Positions 41,310 through 49,253 of a stretch of DNA of 64,000 nucleotides are shown one piece after another. The position numbers and the translations under genes are program-made. Within the stretch, counting starts at the first letter, position 1, and the number at the start of each line of letters is the position of its first letter. The notes beneath the pieces were generated by a model that was given only the letters and a program-made list of their open reading frames with translations, searched no databases and was not told the DNA's origin. The DNA is from an uncultured delta proteobacterium. Lineage in GTDB: Bacteria > Desulfobacterota > Desulfomonilia > UBA1062. Location: the NCBI GenBank assembly GCA_963847605.1, contig CAWKAM010000008.1, positions 78,084-142,083 of the forward strand. The letters run 5' to 3'.

Positions 41310-41953
41310 AGATCATCCCGGCCATTCTTGCCGAGAGCCTTGATGAATTTGTGATGCGCATGCACCAGGCGGAAAAATTCGCCGACTATGTCCAGGTCGA
41401 TATCATGGACGGCTTTTTTGTTGATACGAGGAGTTTTGATGTGGAGATGATCAACAGCATCCAAACACCGTTGTCCTTTGAGGTTCATCTCATGGTGCAG
41501 GAGCCGATAAACGCCTTGATGAATATTCGTAACCCTTCTCTCAAGAAGGCTATATTCCATGTTGAGGCGGCAGGGGACCCGGCCAGGTTCATCGAGAAAG
41601 CCAGGGAAAGGGGATTATCAACAGGGCTGGCCTTTAAGCCTGAAACCCCGATAGATGATTTCAGGGACATTGCCGTTCGATGCGATACACTCCTGTTTCT
41701 CGCCGTGGATCCCGGGCGATACGGAAGCCCCTTCAGGCCTGAGGTCTTACGGAAGCTGTCACGGGCACGGCAGGAGTTTCCTGACAAAACGATCTGCGTA
41801 GATGGAGGCGTCTCTCTCGATAACCTGAAACTCTTGTACGATGCACGAGTCGATTGTGTGTGCATCGGGAGCAGGATATTTCTTCACGGCGACCCTGAGG
41901 ATAATTACCGGATGTTTGTAGGGCGCCTCAGAGAGCTGGATGCCACAAAGTGA
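41306..41953 (+). CDS. rpe: ribulose-phosphate 3-epimerase
   Basis: IIPAILAE...VQVDIMDGFFV ... HLMV motifs. Overlaps the pgl stop by 4 nt. Confidence 0.85.
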   Translation: MKIIPAILAESLDEFVMRMHQAEKFADYVQVDIMDGFFVDTRSFDVEMINSIQTPLSFEVHLMVQEPINALMNIRNPSLKKAIFHVEAAGDPARFIEKARERGLSTGLAFKPETPIDDFRDIAVRCDTLLFLAVDPGRYGSPFRPEVLRKLSRARQEFPDKTICVDGGVSLDNLKLLYDARVDCVCIGSRIFLHGDPEDNYRMFVGRLRELDATK

Positions 41954-42056
41954 AGGGACCCTTGCTTGGGAACATTTTGATGATTATTATACATAAGGTT
42001 CCAATAAAAAGGACTCCATGGAATTCCTCGTGAGGTCCTAGAGATGAGGCTAAAAA

Positions 42057-42650
42057 ATGAAAAAGTTACTTCTTGGAACAATACTTTTGGCGCTGGTATT
42101 TGTATTTCCTATTCCAGCAATGGCAAAGGTAAATGTAGGCATTAGCATTTCTCTTCCACCCATCGTATTCGCCGCACCTCCAGCGGTGGTAGTGATACCT
42201 GAGACCGATGTCTATGCTGTCCCTGACATAGATGTGGACATCTTTTTCTACCATGGTTGGTGGTGGCGTCCGTGGGAAGGGCGCTGGTATCGCTCACGGA
42301 ACTATGACTCAGGTTGGGCCTACTATCAAAGGGCCCCATCCTTTTATGGAAGAATACCGCCAGGTTGGAGGAATGACTACAGGAATCATCGTTGGGGAGG
42401 ACATCCATGGAACTACCAGCGAATACCTAACCAACAACTTCAACGGAACTGGAGCAACTGGGAAAAGAGCAGGCATTGGGAGAAACAAAATACTTGGGGT
42501 GTCCAAGGTTTGAAGCCCAGAACCCGATCACAATCCGGAAGAGTCCAACAACAGCACTCACGGCCACAACACCGGGAGGCACCACAACAATCTGAACCTC
42601 GACATGGAAAACCTGAAAGAGGGCAGGAAGATAAACAGGATAGATATTAG
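42057..42650 (+). CDS. secreted W/R/Y-rich hypothetical protein (signal peptide)
   Basis: N-terminal signal peptide (MKKLLLGTILLALVFVFPIPAMA). Central HGWWWRPWEGRWYRSRNYDSGWAYYQR aromatic/arginine-rich block. Q/R/E-rich tail. Confidence 0.5.
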   Translation: MKKLLLGTILLALVFVFPIPAMAKVNVGISISLPPIVFAAPPAVVVIPETDVYAVPDIDVDIFFYHGWWWRPWEGRWYRSRNYDSGWAYYQRAPSFYGRIPPGWRNDYRNHRWGGHPWNYQRIPNQQLQRNWSNWEKSRHWEKQNTWGVQGLKPRTRSQSGRVQQQHSRPQHREAPQQSEPRHGKPERGQEDKQDRY

Positions 42651-42714
42651 GTTGATAATTAGTTTATCCCTCTTAAATCTATGGTTAATAGTAAAAGGTG
42701 TCATGAACCTTGAA

Positions 42715-44613
42715 TTATTTATTTCTAGCAACAACAAAATCAGCTACCCATCCGGGGATGAATGCCCAGGCACGATTATCTTTTGAGGTTCTTCCGAGAT
42801 CCAGAGTCCCAACAAGCCATACTTTTGATTTGTAAGCAACACTGGCTCCATATGACTGCAGGCTATTGGCAAAAGATAGTATTCCAGGTTTTTTTATCAT
42901 ACCACATTCCCCTATGCTGTACCCGGCACTATGTCCCTCGGAACCAGGCCACGCAGTAATATAGTGTGCAGCCAATGCCGGGGCCAGAGCCATGGTCCTG
43001 ACAAACTCAGCTATTGTCTTACATTTTAATCCATGCCTGAATGACAACCATGAAGCTATAATTCGGGGTAATGGTGTATATTCATCTTGAGGGTCCGGCA
43101 CACCATGTATTGTTCTTAAGTATTCTTTTCCCCATCCATTTGTATCTCTGAAGAAATCATCTAATCTCCACATGGGCGAAGAAAAATCAACGGCATAAAT
43201 CTTACTGCACTGCTTAAATACTTCACGAGCCATGGCTTGTGCATATGTGGTCACATCATGATCAGATTGAATATCAAGGGCGCCTATTGTGTATGCAGTC
43301 ATTCCCAGATAAATAGGTTGATCGTGATAGTTTATGCCAAACTTGTTATGTATGCTTTTTAATTGATATTCGCTCAATGGCTTGGTTACATCACCTTTCA
43401 TGAAAATGATTCTATCTTTGATTCCTTGCAGTTCTGGTTTTTTGCCCATCACCTCAAATCTGTTCAGACCTGCTGCAAGCTGATCTTCCTCCAGGTCAAT
43501 TACCACTGCTTTTACCTTGTTCAGTAATCTTGCTCGTAACTCATTATCCTCAAGAGAATAAATCATCTTCAACAATAACTCTGAAAGATTCCCTACTCCC
43601 CCGGCATAATCTAATACCACTATGGATTTATTACGATCTCCTTGCATTATATCTGTAATGTCATCCAATATTCTCTTAACTAGTGCCTTCCTTCCAATCT
43701 GGTCTTGAGAAACGAATGTCGAGTCAAGAGTGACATGCTCTACAGGAACTTCTGCAACAGGGTATAACCCAAGAAACCTGCTGTTATCGTCAACAAGAAA
43801 CCTGCCTACTCCGAGAATAGACTTCCTATCTACGTTTTGATCTAATAAACAATCCAGGTTCTCTGCGATATAATGAGGAATCTGGCCAGTAATGCGCGCA
43901 TGAAAAGCCGGATATAATTCCCTCAGTATTGCATATAAATCAATCCCGGCAGGCCAGATGGCACCAAAACATTGCCAGGCAACGTTTACTTCCACAGGAG
44001 TTCCCAACATCGTATGTATCTTATTGGATCTAAAAACGTTACCCACCCTTCTCAACAGATTTAAAATCTGAATTGTCTCCTGGATGAGTCGTTTCTGTTT
44101 ATAGAACCCATTAACTTCCCTATTTTCCACATGTGATGTTATTGCTTTGAAAAATGGTGCCTTGCTGATTAATTTTGATTGTCTTATCAGCTGCCTACCT
44201 GTTAATTCCTGATGCGATATTTCTTCAGGAACATACCCATTCTGAACTTTCATTTTGTTGATAGCTGAAATAGAGTCCGGTATGCATCCCTCTTTTTCAT
44301 ATTGTTTTATGGTTCTGCTGTAAGTCAATAGATCTTCCCATGCACTTTGATCATGAAACACCTGACGTGCTTCAACGGTATCTCTTTCCAACTTTAGCGG
44401 ATACATGGTTGCAGGATCCACAAGATCCTTGCTCGTGATAACATCATCTTTCATGGGATTCTTGATGTTGAAACTCACACCTTCTTCGATCTTCTTAAGG
44501 CTTCCAATGCTGTAAATCTTTCTGGGGGTAGTGGGGGGTACAGATACCGAGCTCTTGGTCTCCGATTCACCCCTGGTAGTCACAAAACTCAGATCTGTTT
44601 TTAGGTTTTTCAT
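42715..44613 (-). CDS. large hypothetical protein with class I SAM-dependent methyltransferase motifs
   Basis: About 632 aa, AT-rich. Motif I VVLDYAGGVGNLSELL and a downstream acidic motif-II-like VVIDLEED. GHSAG (GxSxG-like) near the C-terminus. Start set at MKNLKTD with AGAGGAA upstream. Confidence 0.5.
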   Translation of the reverse strand: MKNLKTDLSFVTTRGESETKSSVSVPPTTPRKIYSIGSLKKIEEGVSFNIKNPMKDDVITSKDLVDPATMYPLKLERDTVEARQVFHDQSAWEDLLTYSRTIKQYEKEGCIPDSISAINKMKVQNGYVPEEISHQELTGRQLIRQSKLISKAPFFKAITSHVENREVNGFYKQKRLIQETIQILNLLRRVGNVFRSNKIHTMLGTPVEVNVAWQCFGAIWPAGIDLYAILRELYPAFHARITGQIPHYIAENLDCLLDQNVDRKSILGVGRFLVDDNSRFLGLYPVAEVPVEHVTLDSTFVSQDQIGRKALVKRILDDITDIMQGDRNKSIVVLDYAGGVGNLSELLLKMIYSLEDNELRARLLNKVKAVVIDLEEDQLAAGLNRFEVMGKKPELQGIKDRIIFMKGDVTKPLSEYQLKSIHNKFGINYHDQPIYLGMTAYTIGALDIQSDHDVTTYAQAMAREVFKQCSKIYAVDFSSPMWRLDDFFRDTNGWGKEYLRTIHGVPDPQDEYTPLPRIIASWLSFRHGLKCKTIAEFVRTMALAPALAAHYITAWPGSEGHSAGYSIGECGMIKKPGILSFANSLQSYGASVAYKSKVWLVGTLDLGRTSKDNRAWAFIPGWVADFVVARNK

Positions 44614-45376
44614 TTGTGTTCCTCTTTCGTTGAAGCTGGATTGGGTACCAATGCACATTTGTCGAGGGTTTCAGATGATAACAGGATATGCATAGGTCAA
44701 TTGTATCTTACAAAACATGTGCCAAATAATTGAGTTAGAGTTACCTAAATAACCTCAGGTTATTCACAGGCATAATCTAGTACTATTTAATAATAATCAG
44801 TATTACCGTTGTATTACATATAGTTGAAAAAATTATAGGAAGAGAAACTTTTATGACTGTAGTAAATTAATCCTACCCCGAGAAGAAAAAGTTTTCCAAT
44901 GATCGGTCTCTCTTATCACGCTGTTTGCCCATATTAGCGTATTGCAGACTTTTATCACTCTAAGCAATATTGGAAGTATAGCTTATGTGGTGCGCCAGGT
45001 AAGCTTGGCTTGAAGGGAGAGGAGGTGAGAAGACTTCTTGAAATTCAAGGAAGGGACCCAGCAGGTGGAAGTCCTGCCCGGCCAAAGCCTAGCCAGCGGG
45101 CCGGCAGCGAGTCTTGGGTGGCATAGGGGCGACCTGTGCTGCTAAGCGTAGACAGCGAGTGAATGGGCCGTTTGATTGAGCCTCGAAAATATACTTCACG
45201 TGGAAGCCGACGTTATCACGTTGACGGAAGGCAGAATCGACATGACCGGAACAGGCGAGGGCATGGAGAACCACCGGGGTCGGAGAGCACGGCACGTACA
45301 CGAAAGGGGTTTCCCAGGAACCTGTTATGTAAAGAGTCAAGGGAAAAGAGAGTAGTTTGGTCAGGAGGAAAATCAG

Positions 45377-46748
45377 ATGTCTGAAAAAATAAAGTTCCCA
45401 AAGGCGCCGGTAATCAAAAATAATGAGAGGTTAATTCATAAAGAAGATGATCCGCGCATCAAGGACTATGCCATCGCTTCTTCCATAAATGGTATCGCCA
45501 TCGGCGGACTCGACGGCGTGGTCACCTATGTGAATAATGCCGCCCTCAAGATGTGGGGAAGTGATGATCCATCCGAGATCATCGGCAAGTCGGCTACGGT
45601 TTTTGCCCAATCAGAACAGGAAGCGATTTATATAATGCATAGCGTTCATTGAAAAAGGTGAGTGGTCAGGCGAGATCATTGGAAGACGAAAGAATGGCTT
45701 GCCCATTACCGTTCTCCTGTCTGCATTCCTTGTACGCGATGAGGCTGATACGCCCACCTGTATGATGTGCTCCTTTATTGATATAACAGACCGCAAGCAT
45801 ATCGAAGAAGAGCTCCGCGTAAAGGAAAGCGCCATTGCATCATCCATCAACGGGATCGCCATCGGCGATCTCAATGGAAACATCACTTATGTCAACAATT
45901 CATTCATGCGTCTCTGGGGTGGAAATGACTTATCAGAAGTAATTGGTAAATCTGCATTAAGCTTTGCCCAATCCCAGAATGAGGCGGATATGATTTTTCA
46001 TTCCGTCCTTGAGAAAGGGAATTGGTTCGGCGAGATTATAGCAATCAGAAAGGACGGCAAGCCCATCGCCTTGCAGATCACTGCCAGTATGGTGAAGAAT
46101 GATGATGGCAACCCGATCTGCCTTATGTGTTCTTTCGTTGATATCACAGAGCGCAAGATCACCGAACAGAAGCTCCAGAGGGCATATGAGAGCCTTGAGC
46201 AGCGGGTGGAAGAAAGGACAGAGGAGCTGGTCAAAGCAAATATCAGGCTTAAAAAGGAGATAGAAGAACGCAAGCAGGCAGAGCAAAACCTCTTGCAGAA
46301 AGAAGAAGAGTTGAAACTCAAATCACTTCATCTCGAAGAAGCAAATACCGCGCTGAGGGTTCTTCTCAAGCGCGGCGAACAAGACAAGAATGAGCTTGAG
46401 GAGAAGGTTCTCTCAAACATAAAAGAGCTTGCCCTCCCCTATCTGGAAAAATTAAAACTGGGTAATCTTGACTATAAGCAGGGGGCATACGTCGAAATAT
46501 TGGAATCGAACCTCAATGACATCATTTCACCATTCCTGAAAAAGCTCTCTTCCCAATATCTCAATCTCACCCCTACAGAAATCCAGGTAGCCAATCTGAT
46601 CAGGGAGGGTAAATCCACAAAGGAGATTGCTGAAATCCTGAACATATCCGAACGGGCCATAGAATTTCACTGGAACAACATCAGGGACAAACTCGGTTTG
46701 AAGAAATCCAAAACGAACCTCAGGTCTTATCTTCTGACCTTGGCTTGA
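45377..46748 (+). pseudogene. PAS-PAS-coiled-coil-LuxR(HTH) regulator, split by a frame change at about 45644-45657 (A5 run)
   Basis: ORF1 ends IYIMHSVH*. The +1 frame continues IEKGEWSGEIIGRRKNGLPI..., paralleling the second PAS (MIFHSVLEKGNWFGEIIAIRKDGKPI). C-terminal LuxR/GerE HTH (LTPTEIQVANLIREGKSTKEIAEILNISERAIEFHWNNI). Confidence 0.65.
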
Positions 46749-46817
46749 AGCCCTTCGTCACATGGATCATGAATCCCAGTGACTAGAAGAGAGTTTGACT
46801 GACCCGATTGATATCTC

Positions 46818-48329
46818 CTAAAAAGTACAGCTCAGCTTGGCGTACATCTCGTCGTTGTCATCGAACTGCCCGAAGAGAGAGTCATCATACTTACCGCTGA
46901 TAAATAAGACACCTATGGTCCCCTGAAGATTATCAGTAAAGTTATACTTAAGTGACGGCTTGATGATAACATCCTGGAACTCAATGTCATATGCAGCCCT
47001 CATATTGAATTCCATGGTGTTTTGCAGAAAGAACTGCTTGAACAAGAATGTCAGCATGGTATCTACGCCATTTTTATTGAAATACACCGGCTTGTCCTCA
47101 TCGTAATTGGGAATGAACTCCTGGATGCACTGTACGCTCACACTTGTGTCCCCATAGATGTAATCCAGACCAAGACCGTATTTCATCGAATCTTCCTGGA
47201 TAGGGATATGTGGATCGATATGGTATACTTGGACATTGTCTCTCCCCCCGGAAGCAAGATACTTGACCATGAAATCTTTATAGATTTCGTCTTGTCTTGC
47301 CTTGGTCACCAGTTGTTCGAGCACGGGATCGAGCTTCTGATTGTAATACTTATTTTTGAAATATGCATACTCACCACGAAGGGTGAATGAGCTCAGGGTG
47401 GTTGTAAAATCAAAACCAAACACATCCATCCTGTGTATCTCGGGCACCATTGTCACCTGAGCATTAATGCTGTAATCCAATGCTAAAGGGTTAAGCAATT
47501 TCACGGTAAGGTCAACGGGGGCATCCATCACCGGCATAGTATCATATCCTGTAAAATAGCTGCATGATATGTCCCACCCCTCGATATACTTTGAAACCCT
47601 GACCCCCATTTCAGAATTCCCCATTGTATCGGGAGGCAGGTCAATATCCTGATATATGGTATTCACGGGTATATCCCCGACCGCTGTGTCTGTTTTAATG
47701 ATCTCAGGCGGTCTCAAGACCTTGGGAAACCACCTCTCCTCTGGCTGGGGGAGGCGATACGGCACATACACCGGCACCCATCCAAATTCTACATTCGCTA
47801 AATCTGAATACATATTAATCTTTAATGAGGGTACTCCGATCTTGCGCTCGATCTCATCATTGGTTCCCCCCTCAGTAAAGTCCATAGTATTCAGGTTATC
47901 CGTAGGGTTTATCTCGTCGAGCCTTCCCCATGCAAACTTCTGCACCCCCAGACGAAAATCGACCTTTCCGGTGTAGATATCAAGATATGCCTCATTGATA
48001 TTCACGTATGGATTCTTGTCCTGGTATATCCGATCAAATTGGTTAAACAGGGCCTTATTTTTCGGATCAATAACCTTGCCATCATCAACAGCCTGCAAAA
48101 AGATCTTAGTTGATAACCATGAAGCTGAGCTTGCTTTCAGCTCCAGCCCAAGTTCCACTGATGGATTCTCTTTGGGTGTATCCCCGTCAAAGGCGTAAAC
48201 AGCCCTTCCCTCAAGATATCCTGTAAGACTGAGCTTCCCTTTGTCCCCTTCGTATTGAAAGGCTTCTGTTTTTAGGGATGTCAAACCTATCCAAAGAAGC
48301 GCTATCAGGACTGCCCCAATAAATCTCAA
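46818..48329 (-). CDS. DUF1302-like outer-membrane protein
   Basis: 503 aa with signal peptide. YLDIYTGKVDFRLGVQKFAWGR resembles the DUF1302 signature. Beta-rich alternating pattern. Confidence 0.55.
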   Translation of the reverse strand: MRFIGAVLIALLWIGLTSLKTEAFQYEGDKGKLSLTGYLEGRAVYAFDGDTPKENPSVELGLELKASSASWLSTKIFLQAVDDGKVIDPKNKALFNQFDRIYQDKNPYVNINEAYLDIYTGKVDFRLGVQKFAWGRLDEINPTDNLNTMDFTEGGTNDEIERKIGVPSLKINMYSDLANVEFGWVPVYVPYRLPQPEERWFPKVLRPPEIIKTDTAVGDIPVNTIYQDIDLPPDTMGNSEMGVRVSKYIEGWDISCSYFTGYDTMPVMDAPVDLTVKLLNPLALDYSINAQVTMVPEIHRMDVFGFDFTTTLSSFTLRGEYAYFKNKYYNQKLDPVLEQLVTKARQDEIYKDFMVKYLASGGRDNVQVYHIDPHIPIQEDSMKYGLGLDYIYGDTSVSVQCIQEFIPNYDEDKPVYFNKNGVDTMLTFLFKQFFLQNTMEFNMRAAYDIEFQDVIIKPSLKYNFTDNLQGTIGVLFISGKYDDSLFGQFDDNDEMYAKLSCTF

Positions 48330-48332
48330 AGA

Positions 48333-49121
48333 CTAGTTTCCCCTTGTCATATATCTCTCGGTGAAGATATCCTCTTTCAGGCCCGAGTCGTACATGATGT
48401 TGCTTAAATCAATAATTGTGGCCCTTCCATTCTGTGCATTGTGCATCTCAATGTGGGTGGGTGTGTTGATCCCCTTGATATTTTTCACGTTCTCAAAGAT
48501 GCCTTGCTTCTGATACTGTCCTTTGGTGTCATAGAAATCAGCCTTGGAGGGTATAAAATTTCCCTTTCTGATCCAAACGATGACTTTACTATAGAATTCT
48601 ACTTTCTTGGGTGTGGCTTCAATCACATAGCACAACTCCCCCTTCACTGTTTCATCTTTAATAAGGTTGTAGGTATAATCATCAATATCTTGGCTTCCCA
48701 TATCAAAAAAGGTGAGTTCTGTGCCCATAAAGCTCTCCCCTTTGCCGCTTGAACTGATCTGTCTGACTCGCTGGAGGGCCGGAAGATAAAGCCACTGCTT
48801 GTCTTCCTTCTTTTCATTGGTCCATACAAGAAAGCTCGTTCCTTTGACATCTGCAGGAGAGCTGAAGAAGACTATTGATTTAGATTTATTGTTTCCATAA
48901 CGCTTCACGAACGCGTTTAAGGTCCTCTCCCTCTTCTCACCCTTATTATTCACCAGAATCATGAGCATATCTGCTTTACTGTCCTTGGCTTGATCCAGAA
49001 GATCTTCGGATTTTTTAACGATCTGGTAAGCCGTCATATCAGCAGATTGAGCCGGGGTTGAATGAGTCAAAGACAAGGCAAAAAAAACAATGATTGCATA
49101 ACCAGAACACGTGCATTTCAT
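48333..49121 (-). CDS. LolA-like outer-membrane lipoprotein-sorting family protein
   Basis: 262 aa with signal peptide. Size and pattern match the LolA_like family, which commonly pairs with DUF1302. 3-nt gap to the upstream gene. Confidence 0.5.
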   Translation of the reverse strand: MKCTCSGYAIIVFFALSLTHSTPAQSADMTAYQIVKKSEDLLDQAKDSKADMLMILVNNKGEKRERTLNAFVKRYGNNKSKSIVFFSSPADVKGTSFLVWTNEKKEDKQWLYLPALQRVRQISSSGKGESFMGTELTFFDMGSQDIDDYTYNLIKDETVKGELCYVIEATPKKVEFYSKVIVWIRKGNFIPSKADFYDTKGQYQKQGIFENVKNIKGINTPTHIEMHNAQNGRATIIDLSNIMYDSGLKEDIFTERYMTRGN

Positions 49122-49253
49122 TTGATGGGCCTCCCTTTAGCTTCTTTTCTCGTGGTATCTTCTTTAGCAAATTCCATAATTAAAAAATTTCACTGCAACA
49201 AATTATGATGCTTCATTTCAAAAACTTCCCTATACCCTGCCCCATGGTAGTTG

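Noticed and set aside
44990-45376. Considered RNase P RNA or tmRNA for the GC-rich noncoding block (local resemblance of GGTGCGCCAGGTAAGCTTGGC to the RNase P P10/11 region; a CTACGCTTAGCAGCA string on the minus strand reminiscent of a tmRNA tag end).
   Set aside because: The universally conserved RNase P P4 strand (GGAAAGTCCGGGCTCC / ACAGAAcCCGGCTTA) is absent. So are the tmRNA tRNA-like 3' end (GGTTCGAnTCC...CCACCA) and a plausible ...ALAA tag frame. Retained only as an unclassified structured-leader candidate.
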